A stretch of DNA of 64,000 bases from Gammaproteobacteria bacterium (lineage in GTDB: Bacteria; Pseudomonadota; Gammaproteobacteria; GCA-001735895): the NCBI GenBank assembly GCA_029862125.1, contig JAOTXY010000001.1:26025-90024 (forward strand). The letters are read 5' to 3'. This document shows positions 1 to 11,019 of this stretch, piece after piece. The stretch's first letter is position 1, and every line of letters starts with the position of its first letter. Below the pieces are notes generated by a model. It was not told the DNA's origin, did not search any database, and was given only the letters and a program-made list of their open reading frames with translations. The translations under genes and the position numbers were made by a program.

Positions 1-378
1 CGGGTTTACAAGAGTTACGATCCACGCGCCAAGTTGATTCGCGAAATCTGTCATGAATTACTGAATGACATGGATGCCACCGATGAGCAGCAGAAATTGC
101 TCGACACCGCGATGGCGCTGGAAAAGGTCGCGCTCGAAGACGAGTACTTCGTGCAGCGCAACCTGTACCCGAACGTCGATTTTTACTCGGGTATTATTTT
201 CCTTGCAATGGGCATCCCGATGAACATGTTCACCGTTATATTCGCGATGGCACGCACCATCGGCTGGATTTCGCAATGGAATGAAATGATGACGGACTCC
301 GAGGCGAAAATAGGGCGTCCGCGCCAGCTCTACAACGGTGCGATCGACCTGGATTACGTACCGATTGATAAACGCTGA
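1..378 (+). CDS. gltA: Citrate synthase, C-terminal part (5' end outside window)
   Basis: Frame is open from base 1 ([11 protein letters not shown]...) and contains the citrate synthase motifs [19 protein letters not shown] and KIGRPRQLY. Lies directly upstream of acnB. Confidence 0.95.
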   Translation, partial: RVYKSYDPRAKLIREICHELLNDMDATDEQQKLLDTAMALEKVALEDEYFVQRNLYPNVDFYSGIIFLAMGIPMNMFTVIFAMARTIGWISQWNEMMTDSEAKIGRPRQLYNGAIDLDYVPIDKR

Positions 379-423
379 AACGATGCCACTTATTAGTATC
401 TATTGACCAAAGAGAATACCGAA

Positions 424-3003
424 ATGCTACAGGCATACCGCGAACACGTTGATGAACGCGCCAAACTGGGGATCCCTCCCGAGCCGCTGGATGCGCAGCA
501 AACCGCCGCACTGGTAGAATTGATCAAGAATCCTCCCGCCGGCGAAGAAAATTACCTGCTCGAATTGCTGACTCAGCATGTACCGGCCGGCGTCGATGAA
601 GCGGCTTATGTCAAGGCAGGATTTCTCGCGGCGATTACCCGCGGTGAGGCATCGACCTCGTTAATCGATAAGGTCAGGGCGGTCGAAATTCTCGGTACCA
701 TGCTTGGCGGCTATAACATCGAACCGTTGATAACCTGTCTCGACGATGACGAGACCGCGCCCGCTGCGGTCAAGGCGTTGGCGCATACTCTGCTGGTGTT
801 CGATGCCTTCCATGATGTTGTTGACAAATCCGAGGCGGGAAATGCCTATGCCAAACAGGTGCTCGAATCCTGGGCCAACGCCGAATGGTTTACCTCGAGA
901 CCTGGGCTCGCCGACAAGATCACCGTCTCGGTGTTCAAGGTTCCCGGCGAAACCAACACCGACGATTTGTCCCCGGCGCAGGACGCCTGGTCGCGGCCCG
1001 ATATTCCGTTGCATGCCAACGCCATGCTGAAAAATCCGCGTGAAGGTCTGACCGACAAGCCGCTCGAAAAAATTGCCGAGCTCAAAGCCCTGGGTCATCC
1101 GATCGCCTATGTCGGCGATGTCGTCGGTACTGGCTCGTCGCGTAAATCGGCAACCAACTCGGTGCTATGGCACATGGGTGATGACATTCCGTTCATCCCG
1201 AACAAGCGCAATGGCGGTTATTGCTTCGGTAGCAAGATCGCGCCGATTTTCTTCAACACCATGGAAGATGCCGGTGCGTTACCGATCGAAATGGATGTCA
1301 GCCTGATGGAAATGGGCGATGTTATCGATATCTATCCGTTCGCGGGCAAGGTCACGCGTCACGACAGCGACGAAGTAGTTGCAGAGTTTGAGCTCAGTAC
1401 CAACGTGCTCCAGGATGAAGTGCAGGCCGGTGGCCGAATTCCGCTGATTATCGGACGCGGTTTGACCGAGCGTGCGCGCAAGGCGCTGGGTCTTGGCGAA
1501 ACCGATTTGTTTGAAAAACCGCAGGTTCCCGAAGACAGTGGCAAGGGCTACACGCTGGCGCAGAAGATGGTTGGCAAGGCCTGTGGCTTGCCCGGGGTAC
1601 GCGCGGGCATGTACTGCGAACCGAAGATGACCACGGTCGGCTCGCAGGACACCACCGGGCCGATGACGCGCGATGAATTAAAAGATCTGGCCTGCCTCGG
1701 CTTCTCCGCCGACCTGGTGATGCAGTCTTTCTGCCATACCGCGCCCTACCCAAAGCCGGTGGACGTGGTAACCCATCACACCCTGCCTGACTTCATGCAA
1801 AATCGTGGCGGTATTTCGTTGCGCCCGGGTGATGGCGTTATCCATTCGTGGATGAACCGTATGCTGCTGCCCGATACCGTCGGTACCGGCGGCGACTCGC
1901 ATACCCGTTTTCCGATCGGCATTTCGTTTCCGGCGGGTTCCGGACTGGTTGCCTTTGCGGCTGCAACCGGCGTGATGCCACTCGACATGCCGGAATCGGT
2001 GCTGGTACGCTTTAAAGGCGAGATGCAACCGGGTATCACCTTGCGTGACCTGGTCAACGCGATTCCTTATGCCGCGATTCAGCGTGGCTTGTTGACGGTC
2101 GAGAAAAAAGGCAAGAAGAATGTCTTTTCAGGTCGTGTACTGGAGATCGAAGGCCTGCCGCAGCTCAAGGTCGAACAGGCCTTCGAATTGTCCGACGCCT
2201 CGGCCGAACGTTCCGCCTCGGGTTGCACTGTCAAGCTCGACAAGGAACCGATCATCGAGTACATGAATTCCAACATTACGATGTTCAAATGGATGGTCAA
2301 CGAGGGCTACGGCGACGTGCGTACGATTACGCGGCGCATCGAAGAAATGGAAGCATGGCTCGCCAATCCAGAATTACTGGAAGCTGATGCCGATGCCGAG
2401 TATGCCGAGATTATCGAAATCGATCTCGCCGAAATCACCGAACCGCTACTGGCCTGCCCCAACGACCCGGATGACATCAAGCCGTTGGCGGATGTCGCAG
2501 GCAGAAAAATCGACGAAGTCTTCATCGGTTCCTGCATGACCAACATCGGCCATTTTCGCGCCGCCGGCAAGCTGCTCGATAAACTCACCGATCCCGTTGT
2601 CACCCGCCTGTGGATTGCACCACCAACCAAGATGGACGAAGCGCAGTTAACCGCCGAGGGTTACTACAATATTTTTGGTCGCTCGGGCGCGCGTACCGAA
2701 ATGCCAGGCTGTTCGCTGTGCATGGGTAACCAGGCCAGGGTTGCGGAAAATTCGACCGTGGTTTCGACCTCGACGCGTAATTTCCCGAATCGTCTCGGTA
2801 AAGACGCCGATGTTTTCCTGGCTTCCGCGGAGCTTGCCGCAGTTTCCTCGATCCTCGGCAAGATCCCGACCATGGACGAGTACATGCAGTATGCCAACGA
2901 TATCAATACCATGGCCGAGGATGTCTACCGTTACCTCAACTTCAACGAAATGGAAAACTACACCGCAGCGGCCAACACCGCCTTCCCGGTCAAAGTCGCC
3001 TAA
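424..3003 (+). CDS. acnB: Aconitate hydratase B (aconitase 2)
   Basis: N-terminus [12 protein letters not shown] (ATG 424 preferred over TTG 403); motifs [52 protein letters not shown]. Confidence 0.97.
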   Translation: MLQAYREHVDERAKLGIPPEPLDAQQTAALVELIKNPPAGEENYLLELLTQHVPAGVDEAAYVKAGFLAAITRGEASTSLIDKVRAVEILGTMLGGYNIEPLITCLDDDETAPAAVKALAHTLLVFDAFHDVVDKSEAGNAYAKQVLESWANAEWFTSRPGLADKITVSVFKVPGETNTDDLSPAQDAWSRPDIPLHANAMLKNPREGLTDKPLEKIAELKALGHPIAYVGDVVGTGSSRKSATNSVLWHMGDDIPFIPNKRNGGYCFGSKIAPIFFNTMEDAGALPIEMDVSLMEMGDVIDIYPFAGKVTRHDSDEVVAEFELSTNVLQDEVQAGGRIPLIIGRGLTERARKALGLGETDLFEKPQVPEDSGKGYTLAQKMVGKACGLPGVRAGMYCEPKMTTVGSQDTTGPMTRDELKDLACLGFSADLVMQSFCHTAPYPKPVDVVTHHTLPDFMQNRGGISLRPGDGVIHSWMNRMLLPDTVGTGGDSHTRFPIGISFPAGSGLVAFAAATGVMPLDMPESVLVRFKGEMQPGITLRDLVNAIPYAAIQRGLLTVEKKGKKNVFSGRVLEIEGLPQLKVEQAFELSDASAERSASGCTVKLDKEPIIEYMNSNITMFKWMVNEGYGDVRTITRRIEEMEAWLANPELLEADADAEYAEIIEIDLAEITEPLLACPNDPDDIKPLADVAGRKIDEVFIGSCMTNIGHFRAAGKLLDKLTDPVVTRLWIAPPTKMDEAQLTAEGYYNIFGRSGARTEMPGCSLCMGNQARVAENSTVVSTSTRNFPNRLGKDADVFLASAELAAVSSILGKIPTMDEYMQYANDINTMAEDVYRYLNFNEMENYTAAANTAFPVKVA

Positions 3004-3042
3004 TCATTTATACCAGCTTTAGGCCGACACTTACTGCATCCA

Positions 3043-3239
3043 AGGCAGCCGTTGAAACCCCTTGTGACTGACCGGGTGGCCTGCGGCTTCCTGAAAAAGC
3101 TTTGTTTTTCAAGGGCAAGGCGAGACTCGGCGTCCCTGCCTCGACTCGCCACAGGCCGCATCCCTGCGGCCTGACCCTCAAAAAACAAAGCTTTTTCAGC
3201 CCCCGGTCTTTACGTCACAAGGGGTTTCAACGGCTGCCT
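3043..3239. mobile_element. MITE-like 197-bp inverted-repeat element
   Basis: Perfect 26-bp terminal inverted repeats (AGGCAGCCGTTGAAACCCCTTGTGAC at 3043-3068; complement at 3214-3239), nested inner IR (CTGAAAAAGCTTTGTTTTT / AAAAACAAAGCTTTTTCAG), no transposase, located between convergent genes. Confidence 0.7.
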
Positions 3240-3311
3240 CTATAGCATTCGTTTAATTGGAAATGTGAGGCCTCGATATCGAGGTCCAGAATTACTTGAA
3301 GGTGTGGGCGC

Positions 3312-3400
3312 TGGGCTTTGTTTGCAGGACGCTGCGCAACAGGGATGTTGCGCGCGAGCCTACATGGATGTATTCACGGCGTTCCTGCAAACAAAGCCCA
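3312..3400. repeat. Palindromic intergenic element with nested hairpin
   Basis: 18-bp IR TGGGCTTTGTTTGCAGGA (3312-3329) / TCCTGCAAACAAAGCCCA (3383-3400) enclosing the hairpin GCGCAACA-GGGA-TGTTGCGC. Confidence 0.65.
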
Positions 3401-3437
3401 ATGACCACGCCGTTCGCAGGAATGTCGAGAATTGTTT

Positions 3438-4868
3438 TTACCAGGGCAGGGAGAAGGTTTTGACGTTGGTGTAGGAGTTCATCGCTTCGATGACGCCTTC
3501 CTTGTAGCCAAGACCGGAATCCTTGATGCCACCGAACGGTGACATTTCGATACGGTAGCCAGGCACTTCCCAGATATTGACGGTACCGGTTTCGAGCTCA
3601 TTGATGAAACGGATAATGTCGTCCATGCGATTGGTGCAGACCCCTGACGATAATCCGAATGCAGTCGAGTTGGCGACTTCGATGGCGTGGTCGATATCGC
3701 GCACGCGGATGATCGGAATCGGCGGGCCGAAGGTTTCTTCGCGCACCAGCTCGCAGTCAAAGGGCACGTGATCGAGCACGGTCGGTGAATAAACCGCGCC
3801 CTTGCGGTCATTGCCGTAAAGTAGCGTGGCGCCTTTTTCGATTGCGTCGTTGACGCGGTTCTGGAACAGGATTGCGGCGTCCTCGTTGATTACGGTACCG
3901 ACATCGGTCTCCGGATCCATCGGGTCGCCGTATTTCAATTTCGCCGCTTTCTCCGCCACCAGCGCGGCGAATTCGTCGGCGACCGAATCGATGCACAACA
4001 CGCGTTTGACTGCGGTGCAGCGCTGCCCGGAATTCTTGGTGCCACCGGCGACGGCGAGTTCTGCTGCCTTGTCGAGATCGGCATCGTCCATGACGATCAG
4101 CGGTGCATTGCCGCCCAGCTCGAGTATGGTGCGGCGGTAACCGGCGGTCTCTGCAATGTATTTGCCGACCGGTACACTGCCGGTGAATGAAATCAGGTCG
4201 ATATTCTTATTGGTCAGCATCTCGTCGCCCATGTCTTCGGGCAAACCGGTGACGATCGATAGCATTTCCGGCGGCAACCCGGCCTCGTAACAAATGTCCG
4301 CCAGCACCAGTGCGGTCAGAGGGGTTTGCTCGGTCGGTTTACCGACCATGCAGTTATTGGTCGCGATCGACGGTGCGATCTTGTGCGAAATCATGTTGAG
4401 CGGGTGGTTGAACGGCGTGATTGCCGAAATCGCACCCAGCAATGGATCGCGCTGGGTAAAAATCTTGCGCTGCTTGCCATGCGGCGTCAGGTCGCAGGAA
4501 AATACCTGGCTGTCATCGTTGATACACAGCTGCCCCGCCAGGCTGTACACGTCGAAGGCGCGTCCGGCTTCGTAGAGACTGTCTTTTTTACTAAGGCCGC
4601 ATTCGGCGGTAATCAAATCGGAAAGCTCATGCTTACGTTCGACGATGATTTCGGCGATCCGCATCAGGATCTGCTGTCGCTCGTAACGGGTCAATTTGGG
4701 CCTGTAATTAGCGGCGATTTCGAAAGCACCGGCAATCTGTGCGCGACTGGCGCGCGGCACGGTGCCGACGACTTCGCCATTGTAGGGATTGAGAACCTCG
4801 ATATTTTTACCGGTGTCGCCATCGACCAGTTCACCGGCGATGCGCATTTTTTCGTGTCTGACAGTCAT
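3438..4868 (-). CDS. phnY: Phosphonoacetaldehyde dehydrogenase (NAD-dependent ALDH)
   Basis: ALDH motifs [37 protein letters not shown]; directly downstream of phnA in an AEP cluster. Confidence 0.92.
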   Translation of the reverse strand: MTVRHEKMRIAGELVDGDTGKNIEVLNPYNGEVVGTVPRASRAQIAGAFEIAANYRPKLTRYERQQILMRIAEIIVERKHELSDLITAECGLSKKDSLYEAGRAFDVYSLAGQLCINDDSQVFSCDLTPHGKQRKIFTQRDPLLGAISAITPFNHPLNMISHKIAPSIATNNCMVGKPTEQTPLTALVLADICYEAGLPPEMLSIVTGLPEDMGDEMLTNKNIDLISFTGSVPVGKYIAETAGYRRTILELGGNAPLIVMDDADLDKAAELAVAGGTKNSGQRCTAVKRVLCIDSVADEFAALVAEKAAKLKYGDPMDPETDVGTVINEDAAILFQNRVNDAIEKGATLLYGNDRKGAVYSPTVLDHVPFDCELVREETFGPPIPIIRVRDIDHAIEVANSTAFGLSSGVCTNRMDDIIRFINELETGTVNIWEVPGYRIEMSPFGGIKDSGLGYKEGVIEAMNSYTNVKTFSLPW

Positions 4869-4895
4869 AACTGATTTCCGAGTTAGTTGGCTGGC

Positions 4896-6149
4896 TCAGT
4901 GGCGAGCGTAATTGAGTGCGACGTTGAAGGCGTCGTAGTTGTGCAATTGGCGTCCCTGGTCGAGCCCGCTCACCGGCTGGCTGATGATCAGTGGAACCAC
5001 CTGCTCGGTAACGCCACCATGCGAGCGCAGCGGTACGTCGAGTCCCGACAGGTCGTGACGCTCGGCAGTGGTACCGATGACAATATGCTTGCCCGAGACC
5101 AGGATCAGGTCACCCATGCGGTCGGGCGCCAGCTCGAAGCGCTCGCAACCCTCGCGGTTGCCGTAGACGGCATCGATACCGTCGAGGTCAGCAAGCTGCA
5201 TTTTCAACTGGTCGACATCGGCGCCATCGGGCAGGTACACCGTTGCATAGGAACCCAGCGCGCCGTGATGCACGACGTATGGGTCGGTAATCGGCAGGAT
5301 AACGCGTGCCGCGCCCGGTGATAGCAGGCGGTCCATTTCATCCTGCAGGTAAATGATATTGGGCTCGCCGGCGGCATCGTGCTTGGCGTTCATGCCGTGA
5401 TCGGCGGTTAACGCAATCACTGCGCCGAGTGCGTCGAGCTCGGCCCAGTACTTGTCCATCATCGCGTAAAACGAGTTGGCGCCATCGCTGCCCGGGGCAA
5501 ACTTGTGCTGGATATAGTCGGTGGTCGACAGGTACATCAGGTCGGGGCGTTGCGTTTCCATCAGCTTGACGCCAGCGGCGAAGATGAACTCGGAAAGCTC
5601 GGCGCTGTACACTGAAGGCACTTCCATGCCGACCATGTCGAGCACGTTGTCGATACCGTTTTCCTCGAGGCTGACCTGGTCCGATTTTTCCGATGAAAAG
5701 CAGATCGCGCCAGCCTCGCCGAAGCTGAGTTCGTTGCCGAGCAGGCGGCGTAGCTTGTCCTTGGCGGTAATGATCGCTATTTTCGCACCGGCGTCCTGGA
5801 ATGCCTTGAAAATTGTCGGTGTACGCAACAGTTCGGGTTCGTTCATCATGACTTCGCGGTCGTTAGCCTTGTCATAATAAAAATTTCCGCAGATTCCGTG
5901 CACTACCGGCGGCACACCGGTGACGATCGAAATATTGTTCGGGTTGGTGAAACTCGGCACCACGCAGTTGGCGCGCAGGTCGCTGCCCTGGTTGGAGACC
6001 ACTTTTTGCATCCACGGCATCACCCCTGCCGCAATCGCCTGCTCGATGTAATCCGGTTCCGATCCATCGATGCAAACCACTACGACGGGTTTGCTGGGCC
6101 ATTGATAGTCGCGTCCATTGACGCTAACACTGGTTTTTTGCGAGTTCAT
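4896..6149 (-). CDS. phnA: Phosphonoacetate hydrolase (alkaline phosphatase superfamily)
   Basis: Motifs VVVCIDG, VPSFTNPNN, YLSTTDYIQHK, TADHGM, LRSHGG. ATG 6149 chosen; TTG 6155 is an alternative start. Confidence 0.95.
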   Translation of the reverse strand: MNSQKTSVSVNGRDYQWPSKPVVVVCIDGSEPDYIEQAIAAGVMPWMQKVVSNQGSDLRANCVVPSFTNPNNISIVTGVPPVVHGICGNFYYDKANDREVMMNEPELLRTPTIFKAFQDAGAKIAIITAKDKLRRLLGNELSFGEAGAICFSSEKSDQVSLEENGIDNVLDMVGMEVPSVYSAELSEFIFAAGVKLMETQRPDLMYLSTTDYIQHKFAPGSDGANSFYAMMDKYWAELDALGAVIALTADHGMNAKHDAAGEPNIIYLQDEMDRLLSPGAARVILPITDPYVVHHGALGSYATVYLPDGADVDQLKMQLADLDGIDAVYGNREGCERFELAPDRMGDLILVSGKHIVIGTTAERHDLSGLDVPLRSHGGVTEQVVPLIISQPVSGLDQGRQLHNYDAFNVALNYARH

Positions 6150-6230
6150 ATTCAATCCATCATGTTTGATTCAGGATGCACAATAACCAGTTTGTTGCAT
6201 CAGGTTAAATCGATATTACATATGCTATCT

Positions 6231-6245
6231 ATCGATCTAGCCTAT
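6231..6245. promoter_or_regulatory. Putative LysR (PhnR) box upstream of phnA
   Basis: ATCG-N7-CTAT (T-N11-A type); related boxes at 7170-7184 and 18601-18615. Confidence 0.5.
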
Positions 6246-6261
6246 AGATCTGGGGAGGCTA

Positions 6262-7146
6262 CTAGCTAGAATCTTTCTGGCTGGCGTTAACCATCTCGAG
6301 AAACGCATCGTTGACGCGCAGACTGCGCATTTCCTGCAGGCAGACGACATACTCGGCATGCGCCAGTTCGGCGTTGCTAACCGGTAACGCGCGCAGCCTG
6401 GAGTCAGCGACCAGTTCGTTCTCGGCAACAATACCGACTCCAAAACCGGCCGCGACCGCTTCACGCACGCCCTCTCGCCCGCTAATCTCCATGACATCGG
6501 GTAACAGCTGTCCAGCCTGCGCAACCGCCTCTTCGAATATCGAGCGTGTAAGCGAGCCTTTCTCGCGCAGCACGATGCGTTGCATGACCAGTTCCTCGAT
6601 CGTCACCGAGCGCCGTTCGGCCCAGTCGTGGTCCTGGTTGACGAACACCACCAGCCTGCCGGGCGGCAATGGTATCGAGTAGAGGCGTTCATCTTCCTGC
6701 GGGATGTTAGGCATAAAAGCCACGTCGCAGCTGCGTGATACGATCCAGGACATCAGTTGTTGCGAGTTGCCGTACTGGATCGAAATCTGGATGCCGGGAT
6801 ACAGCCGCTGAAACTGCGCCAATAGCGGGGTTGCGATATAGGGCGAATCGGCGCCGACGCGCAGCAATCCCGAAGTCAGCGCGCGTGCCGATTGCAGTAA
6901 ATGTTCGACTTCTTCTTCGTGCCGAAATATGAGCCGCGTAATACTGAATGCGGATTTGCCGATATCGGTCAGCTCGATGCGTCGACCGTGGCGTATGAAC
7001 AGCCTGGTACCGTAACGTTCCTCGAGTTCCTTGACCTGGCCGGATAGTGTTGGCTGGGTAATATTCAGCATTTCCGAGGCGCGCGTGAAGCTGCCGTGCG
7101 TGGCAACCGCGTGGAACGAGCGTAGGTGGGCGTGTGATATTGGCAT
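6262..7146 (-). CDS. LysR-family regulator of AEP catabolism (PhnR-like)
   Basis: N-terminal LysR HTH (GSFTRASEMLNITQPTLSGQVKELEE) plus substrate-binding domain; divergent from phnW. Confidence 0.9.
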   Translation of the reverse strand: MPISHAHLRSFHAVATHGSFTRASEMLNITQPTLSGQVKELEERYGTRLFIRHGRRIELTDIGKSAFSITRLIFRHEEEVEHLLQSARALTSGLLRVGADSPYIATPLLAQFQRLYPGIQISIQYGNSQQLMSWIVSRSCDVAFMPNIPQEDERLYSIPLPPGRLVVFVNQDHDWAERRSVTIEELVMQRIVLREKGSLTRSIFEEAVAQAGQLLPDVMEISGREGVREAVAAGFGVGIVAENELVADSRLRALPVSNAELAHAEYVVCLQEMRSLRVNDAFLEMVNASQKDSS

Positions 7147-7169
7147 AACCTATTTGAAGCATCAGTTAT

Positions 7170-7184
7170 ATCGATTTGATGAAT
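7170..7184. promoter_or_regulatory. Putative LysR box in the lysR/phnW divergent region
   Basis: ATCG-N7-GAAT, similar to the boxes at 6231 and 18601. Confidence 0.45.
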
Positions 7185-7238
7185 AGTATTCATCGGCGGT
7201 ATAAATGGCAACCACTCAACCGCTGAACAGGCTAACCC

Positions 7239-8381
7239 ATGACCGACAAACCCAACGATATTTCCAGCACGCCGAGTGGCGACCCCTGGTTGCTAACCCC
7301 GGGCCCGCTGACCACATCGCTCAGCGTCAAGCAGGCGATGCTGCATGATTATGGCTCGCGCGACGCGACTTTCATCGATTTGAACGCACGTATTCTCGAA
7401 CGCCTGGTGGACATCGTCCACGGGCAGGGCACCCATGTCAGCGTACCGCTGCAGGGCAGTGGCACTTTTGTCGTCGAAGCAATGATCGGTAATTTCGTGC
7501 CCGCCGATGGTAAGCTGCTGGTGTTAATCAATGGCGCCTACGGCAAACGGATTGCGAAGATCTGTGATTACTACCAGCGTGACTACCTGGTGCAAGAGTC
7601 AGCCGAAGACGTGCCGGTCGATACCGATCAGCTCGACGCGACCCTCGACGCAAACCCGGATATCGGTCACGTGGTCGTGGTGCATTGCGAAACCACGTCG
7701 GGAATCCTGAACCCGATTGCCGAGGTTGCGCAAATCGTCGCTCGCCACGGGCGCAGCCTGCTGATCGATTCGATGAGCGCCTTCGGCGCGTTGCCGCTCG
7801 ATGCGCGGGAAATCGAGTTCGACGCAGTGGTGGCATCGAGTAACAAGTGCCTCGAGGGCGCGCCGGGCATGGGTTTTTGTGTCGCGCGTGAAACTGCACT
7901 CGAGCGCACCGAGGGCAATTCACCATCATTAGTTCTCGATCTTTACGATCAATGGCGTGCAATGCAGAAAAACCGGCAATGGCGATTCACGCCGCCGACT
8001 CACGTACTGCTCGCCTTCGACCAGGCGCTCAGCGAGTACGAGGCCGAAGGCGGCGTCGCGGGCCGGGGTGGACGTTACCGCGCCAATTGCGATCTACTGG
8101 TTGACGGCATGCGTGCAATGGGATTCAAAACCCTGCTGCCCGATGAACTGCAGGCGCCGATCATCATCACTTTTCATATGCCGACCAATCCTGAATTCGA
8201 CTTTGATGCATTTTATGATGGCCTCAAGGATCGCGGCTATGTTATATATCCGGGCAAGTTAACCGTGGCCGACAGTTTCCGCATGGGTTGTATCGGTCGC
8301 CTCGGTGCCGAACAGATAGAAGGCGCGCTCGATGCGGTGGCGCAACTGTTATCGCAGTTTGGGATCGACAAGATTAAATAG
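7239..8381 (+). CDS. phnW: 2-aminoethylphosphonate:pyruvate transaminase
   Basis: Motifs LLTPGPLTT, HCETTSGILNP, DSMSAFG, SSNKC (PLP Lys), QWRFTPPTH, YVIYPGKL. Confidence 0.96.
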   Translation: MTDKPNDISSTPSGDPWLLTPGPLTTSLSVKQAMLHDYGSRDATFIDLNARILERLVDIVHGQGTHVSVPLQGSGTFVVEAMIGNFVPADGKLLVLINGAYGKRIAKICDYYQRDYLVQESAEDVPVDTDQLDATLDANPDIGHVVVVHCETTSGILNPIAEVAQIVARHGRSLLIDSMSAFGALPLDAREIEFDAVVASSNKCLEGAPGMGFCVARETALERTEGNSPSLVLDLYDQWRAMQKNRQWRFTPPTHVLLAFDQALSEYEAEGGVAGRGGRYRANCDLLVDGMRAMGFKTLLPDELQAPIIITFHMPTNPEFDFDAFYDGLKDRGYVIYPGKLTVADSFRMGCIGRLGAEQIEGALDAVAQLLSQFGIDKIK

Positions 8382-8397
8382 CCAGGAGAGGTCTTTC

Positions 8398-10857
8398 ATG
8401 TCTGCGCAAATTCCAGAACGTGCCAGTGCAGTTGTCATCGGCGGCGGCGTTATCGGTTCCAGCGTCACCTACCATTTAGCCAAACTGGGCTGGACCGACG
8501 TGGTGCAGATCGAGCGCAACCAGTTCAGCTGCGGCACCACCTGGCACGCGGCCGGACTGGTCGGCACCATGCGTGCCAACGAATCGCAGGCGCGGTTATG
8601 CGAGTACTCGATGGCGGTGTTGACCGAGCTCGAGGCTGAAACCGGCCAGTCAACCGGATTCAAGCAGGTTGGTTCGTTGTCGATTGCGCACAGCGAGGCG
8701 CGTTTCGAGGAATTGAAACGCGTCGCGGCGATGAACAACGCGTTCGGCGTGACCCGGGTCGATATGATTACCCCGGAGGAAGTAAAGGCGCTTTACCCCT
8801 ACCTCGAGACCGGTGATTTGCTGGGCGCCAGCTGGGTCCCACAGGATGGTACCGCGAGCCCGGTTGATGTCACCCAGGCTTTTGTCAAGGGTGCGCGCGG
8901 GCGTGGTGCACTATGCCTGGAAGGTGTGCGCGCCATCGGAATAAGCAAGGACAATGGACGCGTTACCGGTGTCATTACCGACCAGGGTGAAATCAAGGCC
9001 GATTACGTGGTCAACTGCGGTGGCCTGTGGGGGCGCGAAATCGGACGTATGGCCGGGGTCAATGTACCGCTGCACGCCTGCGAACATTATTACGCACATA
9101 CCGAAAAGCTTGACGATTTGCCGGGCGATCTGCCGGTGATGCGCGATCACGATAAGTGCGCTTACTACCGCGAAGATGCCGGCAGCCTGCTGATCGGCGC
9201 GTTTGAGCCGAACGCGGTTCCATGGGGACAAAACGGTATTCCACTCGATTTTGCCTTCGAAGAGTTGGAAGGCCACCTCGATGAACAATTCATGCCGGTG
9301 CTCGAAAACGCGATGTACCGCGTGCCGATGCTGCAGGATGTCGGCTGGCGCAGTTTTTTCTGCGGCCCGGAAAGTTTTACCCCGGACGACCAGTTTCACA
9401 TGGGTGAGGCGCCCGAGTTAAAGAACTTTTACGTCGCCTGCGGGCTCAACTCGGTCGGTGTTCAGACCTCCGGCGGTCTCGGCCGTGCGCTTGCCGACTG
9501 GATGCACCTTGGACACGCACCGATGGATTTATGGGGCAACGATATTCGTCGCATGTTCCCGTTCCAGTCGACACAGAAATATATCCAGCATCGTGTCACC
9601 GAAACCCTGGGACTGCTTTATGACAACCATTACCCTTACAAGCAAATGGAAACTTCACGCGACCTGCGTCATTCGCCGCTGCATGAAAGGCTGGTCGAGC
9701 ATAATGCCTGCTTCGGCGAGGCGGCCGGCTGGGAGCGCCCCAACTGGTTTGCTCCCGACGGTGTCGAGCCCAAATACGAGTATAGTTTCGGCAAGCAAAA
9801 CTGGTTCGAACACAGCGCCGCTGAGCACAAGGCAGCGCGGGAAAAGGTTGTGTTGTTCGATCAAAGCTCCTTTTCCAAGTACCTGGTGCAGGGACGCGAC
9901 GCGGTAAGGGTATTGCAGCGAGTTTCGAGCGCCAATGTCGACGTGGCGCCCGGACGCATGGTTTACACGCACTGGTTGAACGAACGCGGCGGGATCGAGG
10001 CTGACCTGACCGTAACACGCATCGCCGAGGATCAGTTCTGGGTCATCAGCGGGGCGGCGCAAACCATCAAGGACTTGCACTGGTTGCAATCGCATATCGG
10101 GGAAGACGAATTCTGCTGCGTCAGCGATATCACCAACACCTGGGCGATGCTCGGCGTAATGGGTCCCGGCAGCCGCGAGCTACTGACCGAAACTCTGAAT
10201 CACGACATGACCACCGAATCCTTTCCGTTCGGTTCGTTCCAGGCGGTTGAGCTTGGCATGGCCCGCGCTTATGCTGGCCGTGTCTCCTATGTCGGTGAGC
10301 TCGGTTGGGAGCTTTATGTGCCGGTCGACCAGGCACGCCATGGTTTCGACTTCCTGTGGCAAAAGGGCGAGAACCACGGCTTGAAACTCGCCGGCATGCA
10401 CGCGCTGAATTCCTGTCGTATCGAAAAGAAATTCATCCACTACGGGCATGATATCGCCGAGGTGGACACGCCACTCGAGTGCGGCATGGGCTTTGTTTGC
10501 GCGTTTGACAAGGATATCCCGTTCATCGGTCGCGACGCGATCCTGAAACAGAAAGAAACCAACGGTTTCATGTACAAGCGCCTGGTTCAATTCCTGCTAC
10601 AGGATCCCGAGGCAATGCTGTATCACCACGAACCGATTTTGCGTGATGGCGTTATCGTCGGGCACTTGACCTCGGGTGACTACGGTCATACGCTCGGTGG
10701 TGCGGTTGGCCTCGGTTACATCGAGGTCGAGGAAGAAATCACCAAGGATTATATCGACTCGGGACATTTTGAAATTGATGTCGGCGGTTATCACGTCACC
10801 GCGAAGGCTTCCCTAAGTGCGATGTATGATCCCAAAGCCGAGCGCATGAGAGGCTGA
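8398..10857 (+). CDS. Dimethylglycine/sarcosine dehydrogenase-like flavoprotein (DAO-type FAD domain + GcvT folate-binding domain)
   Basis: GGGVIG Rossmann motif, GTTWHAAGL, CGPESFTPD, GWERPNWF, VSYVGELGWELY. RBS AGGAGAG precedes ATG 8398, 16 bp after the phnW stop. Confidence 0.88.
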   Translation: MSAQIPERASAVVIGGGVIGSSVTYHLAKLGWTDVVQIERNQFSCGTTWHAAGLVGTMRANESQARLCEYSMAVLTELEAETGQSTGFKQVGSLSIAHSEARFEELKRVAAMNNAFGVTRVDMITPEEVKALYPYLETGDLLGASWVPQDGTASPVDVTQAFVKGARGRGALCLEGVRAIGISKDNGRVTGVITDQGEIKADYVVNCGGLWGREIGRMAGVNVPLHACEHYYAHTEKLDDLPGDLPVMRDHDKCAYYREDAGSLLIGAFEPNAVPWGQNGIPLDFAFEELEGHLDEQFMPVLENAMYRVPMLQDVGWRSFFCGPESFTPDDQFHMGEAPELKNFYVACGLNSVGVQTSGGLGRALADWMHLGHAPMDLWGNDIRRMFPFQSTQKYIQHRVTETLGLLYDNHYPYKQMETSRDLRHSPLHERLVEHNACFGEAAGWERPNWFAPDGVEPKYEYSFGKQNWFEHSAAEHKAAREKVVLFDQSSFSKYLVQGRDAVRVLQRVSSANVDVAPGRMVYTHWLNERGGIEADLTVTRIAEDQFWVISGAAQTIKDLHWLQSHIGEDEFCCVSDITNTWAMLGVMGPGSRELLTETLNHDMTTESFPFGSFQAVELGMARAYAGRVSYVGELGWELYVPVDQARHGFDFLWQKGENHGLKLAGMHALNSCRIEKKFIHYGHDIAEVDTPLECGMGFVCAFDKDIPFIGRDAILKQKETNGFMYKRLVQFLLQDPEAMLYHHEPILRDGVIVGHLTSGDYGHTLGGAVGLGYIEVEEEITKDYIDSGHFEIDVGGYHVTAKASLSAMYDPKAERMRG

Positions 10858-11019
10858 GCCCAGTCCACGAAGTTTCAAATCAGGAGGGATTGAACTGCAC
10901 TCCAGATATTTTTGGTTGCGCTACGGTATGCAAATCGAAACCGTTGTGGAGCGAATTAGGGTGACATAAATTGGAAAAGTGCCAGGCGGCTGCCATACAC
11001 CAAAATCCGAGAACAGAAA

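Noticed and set aside
3000-3474. Small ORFs 3000-3188 and 3265-3474 (also 14067-14279, 19553-19964, 42639-42839, 53234-53533, 63366-63602)
   Set aside because: They run through palindromic or MITE sequence and show no RBS or protein-like features.
8332-8397. N-terminal extensions in the ORF track (8332; also 403, 18491, 36863, 46402)
   Set aside because: Downstream ATGs have better RBS and/or match family N-termini, and the 8332 extension overlaps phnW.
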